Positions 39,484 through 52,725 are shown, counted from the whole stretch's first letter. The stretch: 63,557 nucleotides of DNA, filler included, from Stramenopiles sp. TOSAG23-6 (GCA_900128565.1; 52 parts of 52 records of this genome joined end to end with filler, not necessarily neighbours in it); one strand, 5' to 3'. A program made the numbers and translations. The notes: generated by a model from the letters alone, not told the origin.

Positions 39484-40336
39484 TTCACCAATACGTAAAA
39501 GATGGATTATGAAAGAATTATCTTCACTGCATTGTGATAACAGAAATAATAGATTGGTTTTTTATCATGAAATTTTTGAGTGTTTTCGAAAAGTAATTAT
39601 GAATGCATTTCCAATGATTGCGTATCCATGGCCATCGGTTCAAATGTATGTTTTTTATTTTTTTTTTTTCGTAAATATTTTTTTGGTTTCGTACGAAATT
39701 TTGTACCTAACAATTTTTTTTTTTTTTACTAACCAAAAAAAAAAAAAAAAATTTGAAATATTTTTACAAAGTACATGTTTCTTGGTTTATTAATAACATT
39801 TTGTTACCTTGGGTATTATTATACATCTCAACCATCCTTATTTGATAATGTAAATATTTTGCGTTGTGGGTCGCTTATAGTGTCAATTATTAATTTGTTT
39901 GTGGGTATATTTTATCAAAACAAAACATTACCTCACAAAGCACAAGAAATATTTGAAGCAAATGCACCAATGTTTTTATTAATTTTGCATGGTATTTGGT
40001 TTTTTATAGCATCTGCGTCTTGTACTGCAATGCGATGGGGAAGAAAACTTCCAATTTTATTAGAGCCGAAAAAGCTCGATGATGTTGATGAGGAGCGGAT
40101 GAAGAAAGTTATGCTTGAAGTCTCGACTCAATTTATTATTGAAGAAGATTTAGGGATTGAAATCTATGAAGAAAATAAAACAATGAAACAAATTATTGTT
40201 CAAATGTCGGATCATCACAATTATAAATCTAAAGTAATACGCAAATTAAATCATAGAGCAAAAGCACCATCCGAAGAAGCAAAGAGGAATGAAATACGAA
40301 AAAATAATGTAGATAATGAAATGGGTGTACGTGAGA

Positions 40337-40341
<5 letters not shown>
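39484..40341 (+). CDS. Multi-pass membrane protein C-terminus; intron 39646-39776 (GT..AT)
   Basis: FECFRK...PWPSVQM|FLGLLITF phase-2 join; the nearby AAG is phase 0. Confidence 0.75.
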
Positions 40342-40369
<28 letters not shown>

Positions 40370-40587
40370 GGTTTTTAAAAAAAATTTTTTACCTAAAAAA
40401 AAATTAATTTTTTTTTTTTTTTTTTTTNNNNNNNNNNNNNNNNNNNNNNNNNNNNNNNNNNNNNNNNNNNNTTAATTAATTAANNNNNNNNNNNNNNNNN
40501 NNNNNNNNNNNNNNNNNNNNNNNNNNNTGTTAGGTACAAAATTTCGTATGAAAAAAGAAAGTACTATAAAAAAAATAAAAAACGTAC

Positions 40588-41357
40588 AGGATGCATGCAA
40601 ATGCGGGAAAAAACTATCAAAGCGTGCTACATCATTACTAATTAAGTTAAAAATTTGTCCACTTGTTGAATTTTGTGTCACAGATAGTCTTAATTTCAAT
40701 AATTTTAAATTAATTAGCCCACAAGTTGCTTGTCGAGCATTCCAACCGGCCTTCATTGTTAGGTACTGTATTTTGGAAAAATAAATTCGATTTTTTGTAA
40801 AAAAAAAAAAATCGTTAGGTAAAAAATTTACTATAAAAAAAAAATTTCGATTTTTTTTTTAAAATAAAACGTGCATAGACGCGATGGTGGACAATAATTT
40901 GAAATGCTGCGGTACAAACTAAAGCAAAAGCATACAATAGACCTTTATACATTTGTCTGTTTTTAGACTCTGTTAACCATGTGAGTATTAAGTGTAAGCA
41001 TACAGGTTGAAATATTCGAGTGACCGATTCTAACCAAGTCCATAAAGCTGATTGAAAAAACTCATATCGATTCGCTTCAAATAAAGCTCTAGCAAAAGAT
41101 GAGGATCTTTCTTCACATTTAGCTTTCTGTAGTTCCACATGCCAGGCATCTGATAACTTGGTAATTACATTTTCTGCATGGTCTTGAGAAGGTACGTTAT
41201 CCAAGTCTAACATTGTTAATGCTTTTACACTGCCAAGACGAAGAAGAGGCCACACAAAGCAAAATAATACTTTTGATAACCACGAGAGAGAGTCATTGTC
41301 CATGCCAGCTTGTTTCTCCTTTCCTACGGAAACTGCTGCAATTTGTGAGACACTCAT
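40588..41357 (-). CDS. ABC transporter subfamily C (MRP/ABCC4-like), N-terminal exons; GC-AG intron 40766-40874
   Basis: SWLSKVLFCFVWPLLRLG; HHRVY|YLTMKAGW...GQIFNLISNDVARFD. Confidence 0.92.
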
Positions 41358-41749
41358 GTTTATTCTGAGCTTCTAGAAGTTTATTAAATACGCAATACAA
41401 CACATATTATATCATAATACTTCGGAAGTGGAAAAGAGTAATAAATACATGTATTATATTATTAAAATTAGAATGATTACAAAATAATAAGTCGGAAAAA
41501 ATTTGCTACCCTAGTCCTGAAAGTAAGATTTTGTAAAATTTTAATGACTCTGTGCTCTCAATTTTTTTGCTTGTTTCTTTGACACGTGTTATTGCGATTT
41601 CGAGAGATTTTAAATTTTTGAAAATTTTAAATTCAAAAATACGAATCTTNNNNNNNNNNNNNNNNNNNNNNNNNNNNNNNNNNNNNNNNNNNNTTAATTA
41701 ATTAANNNNNNNNNNNNNNNNNNNNNNNNNNNNNNNNNNNNNNNNNNNN

Positions 41750-42695
41750 TGGTGATAATTCTGATTCGTCCAATAGTATAAGCTCGGACACGGAGTCACC
41801 TCAATATCTTGAATCACCTCAATATCTTGAGTCACCTCAATATCTTGAATCACCTCAATTTGATGAAGTATCAAGTAATTATTTTGAGTCGGATCCTTAT
41901 ACTGATGATAATAGTATTACTTCTCCTCCTCCCAGGAGTATGCAACAGTGTTTGAATTTTCTTGAGGGGCCGTCGTCTAATAACCCTTGGCAGCAAGTTT
42001 GTCGAAGTAAAATGAAGAAGTCATGTGGTTGTGCAGTAAAACAAAAAGTGTCGTCAATTGCAACTACGGAATCAAGAGAATCAGAGCAAAGACAAAGTCA
42101 CACTCTCTCTTTTTGTTCTACTGACAACCAGAAGGTAAATGCATCTTGTGTTGAACCTGCTTTTGTTTCGCAGAAAGTCAGAACACCTGAAGAGTACGCA
42201 CACAACCAGGGTTACTGTGATGCTTCTGTCAACACGGCTTTGAATGCAAGGATGTCTAAACGTGCTGCAGATATTGCTGCTTTAGAGGAAAGAATAGCTA
42301 TTTTAAGGGCGGAGCAAGCTGCGGATGATGAATTGCGACGACAACTTCCACGGTTAGCCGGTAGAGATAAGAATAAACGCCGTAGTAGAAATACCTCTGA
42401 TTTACGCCAGGTTCAAGGGAAATGTTGTGCATTCTTTGATTCCCCTGCTGAATTCAAATGTGATATAAATCCTCAAGAACAACAAAATCAAGAACAACAA
42501 AACCAAAGCTGTGATAATTGTGATTGTGATTGCCACTACCTAGCAAAGGCTAGTCGTGAGGCAATACTTGAGAAGCTAGTAGAAGGTATTAACTTTNNNN
42601 NNNNNNNNNNNNNNNNNNNNNNNNNNNNNNNNNNNNNGTCGGTGAAGGTGTATGGGGTGTACCCTACTTTTACCACTAAATTAAAAGAAAAATAG
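41750..42695 (+). CDS. Hypothetical protein with ESPQYL repeats
   Basis: Open frame through the contig; 18-bp repeats at ~41792-41860. Confidence 0.5.
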
Positions 42696-42971
42696 AAAAA
42701 AGTAAAATAAATATAGTAATAGAATTTTGAAATTTCTTTTTATTATTATTATAAGAAACACCCGATTTGGGATATTAATTTGTTTTTAAAATTAAAAGTT
42801 TTTGACACAAAATCTGTAGGTATTGACAAAAATCTGTGTCAATATTTTTCGTGTTTTTTGTTGCATCAATANNNNNNNNNNNNNNNNNNNNNNNNNNNNN
42901 NNNNNNNNNNNNNNNTTAATTAATTAANNNNNNNNNNNNNNNNNNNNNNNNNNNNNNNNNNNNNNNNNNNN

Positions 42972-44092
42972 AAGAATATAATGTATAAAATCTGCGCCCA
43001 TGGTACCGGGAAATCCCATGTAAGAACATTGTATTGGCGCAGGTTGTAACGCACACACTTGATTACATCCACCTCTAATATATCCATCTAAATTTATAAG
43101 TATATGTATAGAATCTCTATGAATCATACGTCCTACGTCTACATAGGATAAATCACTTACATCTTTAAAATGCTCAACGCCTTCTTGTAGGTATCTTCTC
43201 CATTTTGATTCATCATCTTTACAACAAGCATAACAAAATATTTCAATTTTTTCACGGTTGTTGTTCTAACGTAAAGTTATATCCTAATGCATTGAAAGGT
43301 TGAATTGACGGTAGAACATTCTCTTTTTCTAACTCACGTTCGAGGTTCTGATTCAACTTTTTGAAATCATCATCATATGTCTTCCATGCACCTGTTGCTG
43401 CATTAGCGTGACAGAGATACGTAAACGCAAGGGGGTAATTTGGTCTCAAACTTAAAGCTTTTTTGTAACATGTGATTGCGTCATTATACCGTCCTACATC
43501 TTGAAATGCACCCGCTAAATTACAATACGCATCTGGAAATTCTGGTTTTATTTTAATGGCAGTTGTGTAACATTTAATAGCCATATCCAATTGTTTTAAT
43601 GTTTTGTGTGCATTTCCCATATTTGAATACGCTTCTGCAAATCTACCATCTACAGCTATGGCTTCCTGATAATGTGCAATGGCTTGATGAAGTTTTCCTT
43701 GATCTTTTAATAGAGAACCTAAATTATTTTGTGCTTCTGGGAATTTAGGCATTAGTCGACATGCAGTTGTATAACAATGAACAGCTTCTTTCACAAGACC
43801 CTTATCTTTTAGTGCATTTCCTAAATTATTATACGCATGTGGATGATCAACCTTTAAACGTAAAGCAGTCCTGTAACATCCTATAGACTCATCGATTTTA
43901 CCCTGTTCACGTAATGCGTTTCCTAGATTATTATATGCATCTGGAAAATTAGGTTCGAGTTGAATGGCATGACGATAACATTTCATTGCTTCTTTAATAT
44001 CGCCTCTATCAAAATGACAATTTCCAAGATTCCCATGAGCTATAGCAAAGTCAGGGCGTAGTCGTATAGATTCAGCAAAAGCCATTACTGCA
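42972..44092 (-). CDS. OGT: O-GlcNAc transferase (TPRs + catalytic N-lobe) with internal deletion/frameshift at ~43255
   Basis: TPRs (PDAYNNLGNAL), LPSIQPF, EIFCYA, IHILINLDGY, APIQCSYMGFPGTMGA. Confidence 0.9.
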
Positions 44093-44292
44093 NNNNNNNN
44101 NNNNNNNNNNNNNNNNNNNNNNNNNNNNNNNNNNNNTTAATTAATTAANNNNNNNNNNNNNNNNNNNNNNNNNNNNNNNNNNNNNNNNNNNNATGTATTT
44201 TGGAAAAATATTTCAAAAAAAAAATTTAATTTTTGTTAGGTACAAAACTTCGTACGAAAAAAAACTTCATACAAAAAAAATATAAAACATAC

Positions 44293-45273
44293 ATGTCTCA
44301 TATAATCATCAACTACATTTCGAAAACATTTACTGTATGGAATTGTATTACATTCAATTGGTTTGATCTTTTGTATAGTTTTGAGAATATCTCTTACATC
44401 GGATACATCAGATGTACTATCTCTAGACAAAACATCACAATTTGATAATTTTGTTTCCTCTTTATATTTTTCGATTTCTACTTCAACAATAGATTGTATT
44501 GTAAAAAAATATTTTTTTCATTCGAAATGGATCAAAAACAAATGTTACATAAAAACAAATTGTAAAAGAATACACCTGAAAAACAAATGTTNNNNNNNNN
44601 NNNNNNNNNNNNNNNNNNNNNNNNNNNNNNNNNNNNNNNNNNNNNNNNNNNNNNNNNNNNNNNNNNNNNNNNNNNNNNNNNATCCCATCTTGATTGAAAT
44701 ATTGAACGTTTCACATGTAGTGAAAAAAAAAATTAATTTTTAAAAATTCATTAGGTACAAAATTTCGTATGAAAAAAAAAATTCGAAATTGAAAAAAAAT
44801 TAAACATACATCATCATTCACCAACAAATATTTAGCATACTTTTCCTTATTAAAAAAAGCCATCAACCAAGGCATCGAAAAGGTTGCAATCACATTTTTT
44901 TTACAATTCTCCAATCTGTAATTATTCTTATTATTCTTATATCTAGGAATTACATCAATATTTAATCCAACATAAAAACATCTAAAGATTCTTTCAAAAA
45001 GTAATAGTATGTATTGTGAAAAATATTTTTTTTTTGTAAAATTTGTTAGGTACAAAATNNNNACGAAAAATAAATTCGAAATTAAAAAAAAAAAAACATA
45101 CATAGACGGTGCAATTCGAACTAGAAATATATTTTTCTTCTTTTTAGTGTTGGTGTTGGTATTTGAATTTTTTTTAAAGTAAGTGCTACATAGCGCTGTT
45201 CCTATAGCCTTCATAAGAGGTAAAAAATCACCAGTAATTGTTTTTTGTCGTGCCATTGCCTGTCGAATCCGGG
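44293..45273 (-). CDS. Multi-exon hypothetical protein; introns 45009-45101, 44715-44809 and 44193-44292, all ending YAT
   Basis: RIAPS|ILLLFE and LVNDD|VKRSIFQ joins. Confidence 0.65.
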
Positions 45274-45413
45274 ATATATTTTGAAAAAATATTTCAAAAA
45301 AAAAATCGTTAGGNNNNNNNNNNNNNNNNNNNNNNNNNNNNNNNNNNNNNNNNNNNNTTAATTAATTAANNNNNNNNNNNNNNNNNNNNNNNNNNNNNNN
45401 NNNNNNNNNNNNN

Positions 45414-46533
45414 TTATTTTGATTTTTTTCAGATATTTTGTTGTTTTGATTTTTTTTTGGTAAAACACCACCAACATGTAATGATGTGTTATTTTCATCA
45501 TTATCAATTTTTCCATGAGTATTCCATAAAATTGCTGATGTTTGTTCATCATTAACCATTTTGGGTACAACATCATCATTAAACGAAAAAATATTTATAA
45601 AACCTAGATTTCGTGCATATATTGTCATTTGCTGTACAATGACTTCGTCATCGGAAGCACTGTATATATAGGATATATATAGGAAAATAGTACAACATTT
45701 AAAAAAAAAGTACAATTTTTTTTTTTTTTGTTATTAAAAAAAAAAAAAAAACCTAACCCTAATATAAAATTTTCTATACAAAAAAAAACGTACATAAAAA
45801 TTGATTTGATATTTGTCTTTTTTTTAAGTATTTCAATATGATTTACATAATCTGTTAATGGTGCATTGACACGATCATGACGCTTCCTGGAATCTCCAGT
45901 ACGAATATGTACCCCCACGATTGGAGCAGCTTTGTGCAAAGATTCAAAAAAATGTATTGAATTTTGAAATATCCATTTTTTTGGTTTCCATAACCATAAT
46001 TGAATTGAAGCAAACCAAAGTCCTGAAATCATTATTCTATTTTTTTTATTCTTTTTATTATTTTTATTATTTTTTGTAGAGTTTGTAGGGTTAGGGTTTG
46101 TAGGGTTAGGGTTTGTAGGGTTAGGGTTATAATCATGTAGTGTTGGACTTTTGCAAGAAGCTTGAAGAATTGATCTTGGTTTAAAAAAACCAATTCTAAA
46201 TATATTTTTTTCTATATTTTTTTCTATATTTGTTGTATTTGTTGTATTTGTTGTATTTGTTGTATTTGTTGTATTTTTCGTTTTTGTCAAAACCGAATTT
46301 GTACTTAATTTTGTACCTAAATGAAAAAGAGGAATGTCTTCTACAGAATTCTTTGTATGAAGTGTGAAAAAATATTTAAAAAAAAAAAAAAAAAAAATTA
46401 GGTTTTTAGGTTTACGTACAAAATTTCGTACGAAAAAAAAACCAAAAAAAAAAAAAAAAATTTCAAAAAAAAAAAACCAAAAAAAAAAAAAAAATTTCAA
46501 AAAAAAAAAAATCAACCTACATATGTTGTACAA
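45414..46533 (-). CDS. Fucosyltransferase (FUT8/NodZ-like); introns 46357-46520 (GT..AT) and 45660-45793 (GT-AG)
   Basis: PIVGVHIRTGD motif I and KSIF|IASDD motif II. Confidence 0.75.
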
Positions 46534-46633
46534 NNNNNNNNNNNNNNNNNNNNNNNNNNNNNNNNNNNNNNNNNNNNTTAATTAATTAANNNNNNNNNNN
46601 NNNNNNNNNNNNNNNNNNNNNNNNNNNNNNNNN

Positions 46634-47753
46634 TAATATTTTTTGTTCGATAGCAATCTCTGGAACTGTTGCTTGTTCAGGCTTTACCTTTGTTTCATCT
46701 ATCATATTAGGTTGCGGCTGAACTGGGGTTTCTATTTCTTTTGGAACTAAATGCGTTGTACTTGGTGATGTAATCCATTCTAAACCAAAATTTTCGCCAT
46801 GTATCCAAACTAGTTTGTCGTCAGATCCAGGTTTTTTTATTCTACACTCGAAATCTGAATTGTCCGTCTGTGTTACAACTGCATCATGCCAAGCATCAAG
46901 TTTATTACGGCGAACTAATATTTTTTGATCTACCGCAATCGCTGGAATTAATTTTCTTCGAGACGGAGTTTTATATTTTCTTAGTGCCTTTGGCGTATTT
47001 ATTGATGTTGATGATAAAGTAGGCAGAGATGGCCCACTTTGTTTGTTTTTGCACTCACAATTTAAGGAATTATAATTCTCTACATGTTTAGCTTTAATCC
47101 ATTCATTCATCATTGAAATTACTTTCTCGGTTTTACATGATATCGCTACCCTTCGATTTTTAGGAGGACTACACATGTTGAATTTCTTCTGAATACTTTT
47201 CAACGTAGCAAAACCTTCCGGCATAAAACGCCTAATTATATCTAGAGTATCTTCTGTTTTTACAAGAAATGTATAAATAAAGTTCAAACATTTTTCGATA
47301 ACTGAAATACACTTCCTATGTGCATACATTGCATCTACGACTATTCCAATTACACCAAGGTATATGTAATCTTTGCTCATGCATAGAGGGAAATCGATTA
47401 GAATATCAAAGCAAATACTGGCAATTTTATGATTATCGGATATATCAAAGTTTGAATAATTATCTACTACCATTCTTTCTACTACTACCTTAGCTTTAGC
47501 CTGTTCGGTGGTTTCTTTTTCTTTTGAGATTGAATCTGTTGAACTTGGAAATGTAACCCACTTTGACTCATAATCTTTTTTATGAGCCCAGACCAGTTTT
47601 TCATCAGATCCAGGTTCTGTCACACTAAATTCAAAATCCAAATCATCAATTTGTGTAATTACTGCAGAATACCATACATCAAATGTATCATGACGAAATA
47701 ATATTTTTTGTTCGATAGCAATCTCTGGAACTGTTGCTTGTTCAGGCTTTACC
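46634..47753 (-). CDS. Protein with repeated Tudor-like modules and a helical segment
   Basis: Repeated QKIL.R...D.W..AV.TQ.D..DFE....PGSD.KLVW.H. Confidence 0.65.
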
Positions 47754-48196
47754 NNNNNNNNNNNNNNNNNNNNNNNNNNNNNNNNNNNNNNNNNNNNTTA
47801 ATTAATTAANNNNNNNNNNNNNNNNNNNNNNNNNNNNNNNNNNNNNNNNNNNNTCGCGGTGAGTGGCAGGTTCAACAACTGCTTCTGGTTCAACGTGGTG
47901 ACGCCGCCACATGTTTTTAAATTTTTCTTTGAAACCTGTAATTTTCAACGATTACTGGAGGAAAAAGTTACAACTGTTAGTCTGTTACTGGTACACTGTA
48001 ATAATGAAACTAGGAAGGTTTGGCTCAAGGGAAATTTCTTTGCGGTTTTTTGTGCTGTCATATTCTTCAGTTTTATCCTGATATTTCGTGTCATTTTGTA
48101 AGTTAGCTACTCTTTTTTGTGTGGTACTACACAGGAATTGAATAGTGTCTACAAAAGCTCTCTTCGTTTAACCGCATTTGTTTTCAGCCCAGTAAA

Positions 48197-48908
48197 ATGT
48201 TTTTTGGTGCATTTGCAAATGAGGCCATAAATGCTGCTTTAAAGACTTCAATATGGTCAGAGGATATTCGTTTTTCGCCTTTCCTTGTGTGTTGCACTGG
48301 ATATGAGACTGGTACTGGTGGAAATGTATTCTTTATATTAGAGGAAAGACACTTAGATGAAAAGGGTTGTTGTGATAATATCTCATCATTTCCTAATGCA
48401 ACTTGGGAAGCTGATAGACCTCTTAGACGTTGGAGACGTCGTTGGTCAGAATGCCAGGCCTTTTTTAAACGAATAGCAAAGGAATTCCCGTTGCCTTCAA
48501 CAGCTATCCTTTTACGAAAAGTATCAACCAAAGTCGGATACAGTCGACATCGTGAAGAGGTTCGCGTTGAGCAACTATCACATTTTCTACGAATTTTATT
48601 TTCCTCTGGATGGCAAGAAGAGAATAACATTCAATTACAATCTAGTCCACACTTTACGCAATTTTTCCGACAGGATGAAATAGGCTCAGGAAACCTCAGC
48701 GATCCATCAGGAGTAAAAAGCACCATCATCGCTGCTCGTCGACGTCTGCGTGCAGAAAAGTTACGAAATTCATCAAAGTCCCCCACAGCTAGAAAACGAT
48801 TAGTAGTTAAAGCTGGGTGGTTAGAAAAGCAAGGCAATCGAAAAAAATTGACGAATATATTTTCATCATCAGAGAATGATAATTATCAAGTGCGATGGTT
48901 CGAGTTAT
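48197..48908 (+). CDS. PX + PH domain protein, exon 1 (donor at 48909)
   Basis: RRRWSEC..F...EFPLP...R.EQL..FL (PX); VKAGWLEKQG...VRWFEL (PH). Confidence 0.8.
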
Positions 48909-49072
48909 GTATGTTTAATTTTTTTTTCAATTTCGAATTTATTTTTCATACGAAATTTTGTACCTAACGAATNNNNNNNNNNNNNNNNNNNNNNNNNNNN
49001 NNNNNNNNNNNNNNNNTTAATTAATTAANNNNNNNNNNNNNNNNNNNNNNNNNNNNNNNNNNNNNNNNNNNN

Positions 49073-49872
49073 TTTGCTCTATAATGAGCCATTCCTGTTT
49101 ATCTGCTCCAGTGAAAGTAATGAATTATACCAGCGGAATACCATATCAGGAACCAAAGGGTGTACAAGTGGGTAAAACATGGCCTGTCTGGGATACAGCG
49201 GCACCAATTTCAGCTTCAAGAGAGCAGCGCTGGAATGTCACTTTTGATAAGACAACAAAATTTGTCAAAATTTGTCAGAATGTCAAAGATTATGGTTCTA
49301 GAGGTCCTAAATGTATAACTGCCCCATCGTTTGTCAGGTCATGGAAAGAAGAAGTAAATGGTAAATTATGTACTGGTAATGACGAATATGAAGGAGGCCA
49401 AAAATGTCTCAATATGTGTAAAAATGAAAAGAAATGTAAAGCATGGACATTTGCCGGTGCAGGTCGGAACGGCACAGTGACGAAGAAAAATGGACGATGT
49501 TGTCTCCTCTCTACTAAACCTCTTAATTGTACCACGAAAATTAGTGGTAGCTATTCAGGTATTAAAGGTGTTCAAACATATTTGACAGAAACTATAGATT
49601 TTAATAATTTTGAAGGAGGGCCAAATAAAGGAAAGCTTCTTTTAGAATATCCTTCAAAAATGTCTAGCTCAAAAGGCAAACCTCAGCTTCATATGTGGTC
49701 TCTCAAATCATTAAAAGCAAAAGACGGTAAGCAAATTGCTAAAATTTCCTTGGCACGTGGAGGACTATGTCTTACGAGTGGAAATCTGAATAAAACTACA
49801 ACATTTTTACCTGTATGGCTCGAGAAATGTAGTAAGGATTCAACAAACCAAAGTTATAGATTTACTTTCTAA
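49073..49872 (+). CDS. Carbohydrate-binding protein C-terminus (PAN/apple and ricin-like elements)
   Basis: C...C.....CKAWTF...CCL; GLCLT...LEKC....NQ. Confidence 0.55.
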
Positions 49873-50291
49873 TTCTTTTATGATAAAACAATTATAAGCT
49901 ATACCAAGCGGTACCACTTTCTTGTAGTCAAATTTCTGTTTGAATAAATTAAGCAACTTGTGACTCGCACTATCACAATTGTGTATATTTTATTAGTCGG
50001 AAAACATTGCTTCTTGTAGTTGTGTTATCGAGTTCTCCAAATTCTTTTTGACCTCTTCTATGTCTTTAAGATGGTTTTCTGTCATTTTTTTTTCTCCTGT
50101 AGTTTCTAAAAGGTTACATTCTTGGGTCCGCATTATTCTCTTCAGACCATCCGCTATATATGGGTCCTTATTTCGGTCCAAGGTGTTCATTNNNNNNNNN
50201 NNNNNNNNNNNNNNNNNNNNNNNNNNNNNNNNNNNTTAATTAATTAANNNNNNNNNNNNNNNNNNNNNNNNNNNNNNNNNNNNNNNNNNNN

Positions 50292-51408
50292 GTTAGTCCA
50301 TTCTCATTTGTTTCCGTCGTTTTTTCTTTGATTTTGTTCTTGTTGTTGTCTTCAGTTTTCTCTGAGGTGAAATAAATCACAAAACCCAATAACATTACAG
50401 CCATTAATATACCTCCTGATACAGCAACCCATGTAATCAGTGGTGTTTTTGTTGCATTTAATCGACATTCGCGATTTTTCTTACGTGGTATCGGTGGTAC
50501 ATGTTCGTATTCTGAACTTTTACACTCTGTGATGGGTTTACATTCAAGTTTATATGGTATCGGTGTTACGTGCTCGTATTCCGTAATTTCACATTCAACT
50601 TTGGGCTCTGGTTTTTGTATGTGTTTATCAACATCACCTTCAACTTTGGGCTCTGTGCCAACACCTTGTTGAATTGGTTTTGGTTTACACACACGATCTG
50701 TTTTACGTGTGGGTTTCTTATATTCGTATTCTGAGCTTTTACACTTTGTAATTTTCCTGCACTGGATTTGACCTTCTTGGGGTTCCGGCGGAACATCTGT
50801 CCCATCTTCCCTTTCAAAATCTGTCTTTAGCTTACTATCTTGGGGATCTATTTGAATATTCCAAGGTTGTCCCGGTGTACATTCTTTGAATACGTATGTC
50901 TCTTTAGGGCACGTACAGAGTCTACAAAATTGCCTTCCTTTTTTGGTAAAAGCTTCGAACCATTTCATTGTCCGTTTGTGCCCACTTGGACACTTATCCC
51001 AGCACGTGTTTTTAGATGTATCGTTCCCCTTAAAAAGAAAACATTTCTTTCTAACTTTAAAAACTATGGGATAGTTATTCTTCTCATTCTCAACTTGTTG
51101 ATTCTCTGTCGTTACCTTAAATCCTATGGTAGACTTAGTAATTGAGTTGTATAGATACAGATTGTTCTCTTTTGGATCAAAGTCATTTACTACAACATTG
51201 TAAAATACACCACCATCATCTTTTAAATCTGTAAACTTTTTTTTACGCTCGGTAAGAACGGCAATTACTGTTTCTCCTGTTTTTTCTTTCATGCTTTCAT
51301 CATCCCAGTCACCGTCGTTGTACAAAGATCTTCGATCATCTGAACGAAACGTGGGACCAATACATTTTCCTTCTGGCGTTTTCTTAATGCATATACTGAC
51401 AGTTCTTT
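50292..51408 (-). CDS. Single-pass membrane protein with Cys repeats (TNFR-like)
   Basis: C..IT.CKSSEYE...PT...DRVC repeats, then a TM helix. Confidence 0.7.
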
Positions 51409-51561
51409 NNNNNNNNNNNNNNNNNNNNNNNNNNNNNNNNNNNNNNNNNNNNTTAATTAATTAANNNNNNNNNNNNNNNNNNNNNNNNNNNNNNNNNNNN
51501 NNNNNNNNTACGAAAGTTTGTACCTAACGATTTTTTTTTGAAATATTTTTCCAAAATACAT

Positions 51562-52560
51562 GTATGAACTCCTTGTTACAGATAGGATGTAGAGTCCGTG
51601 TTTTGTATGGAATTGATTTTATCAATTCCAATGATAGTAGTACGTTTTCATCATCAATTTTTCAAATGTATATATATTTATTGTACCCACTCCAAAGATT
51701 TTGTACCTAACGATTTTCAAAATTAGAACATATTTTTTTTTTCGTACGAAATGTTGTACCTAACGATTTTCAAAATTAGAACATATTTTTTCACAATACT
51801 GTAATTCCACACGAATATTTTGGCGAAGCGATTGAAAATTCCACAACCAATGTTGTCATTGATTTTGGCGATTCTGGCCAGTTTGCATTTGCAAAAATTA
51901 AAAATAGTAATGGTATGTCGTATATTGACCCTGACGGATGGAAAGTTTCAATGTTTGTGAATGATAACACTAAAGCTCATAATGGATCTAAACAAATATT
52001 TGTCGATGAAACTGCGACGTCTTCAGTGGTTGATGTCGAAAAAAGTATAGTTAAGTTGCAATGTGGACTCGCTGTTCGAGTGACATACGATGAGAGTTTT
52101 CGACATGCATTTCCTGAGGAAAAGTATGTATGTTTTATTTTTTTTTTTAACAAAAAATCGATTTTTTTTCGTATGAAATTTTGTACCTAACAAATTTTAG
52201 TTTTTTTTTTGAAATATTTTTCCAAAATATATGTCTTCACTGGTAAAATTTTATATTGTAGTGGGACAAATGTTGAGGTAGATTTTGGAAACAAAATAAA
52301 AATCGATTTCTCTCACGATGGATTTGGTGGTTTCACTGACGCTGACGGATGGATGGTCACTTTTGAAATCGTCTCAAAATCTCGTAATTCGAATAAATTG
52401 ATAAAACAGAAATTACCGATGTCAGTGAATAAGAATGTTGTATATAAAAAATCATCTACTGCTACTACGAAAAACGTAGATGCAGGTTTGAAGTCTATAA
52501 AAGTGAAAGAATCTCGTAAAGTAAAGGATAAGCCTTTTCACAAATTGTCCAAGCGCGAAT
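51562..52560 (+). CDS. Multi-exon protein with a duplicated beta domain; introns 51640-51801 (GT..TG), 52128-52232 (GT..AT), donor 52561 (GA)
   Basis: Internal repeats align (YFGEAIENSTTNVVIDFG / FTGKILYCSGTNVEVDFG) only with the non-canonical acceptors. Confidence 0.75.
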
Positions 52561-52725
52561 GAACGTTTTCATTTTTTTTTCAATTTCGAATTTATTTTTC
52601 GTACGAAATTTTGTACCTAACGATTNNNNNNNNNNNNNNNNNNNNNNNNNNNNNNNNNNNNNNNNNNNNTTAATTAATTAANNNNNNNNNNNNNNNNNNN
52701 NNNNNNNNNNNNNNNNNNNNNNNNN

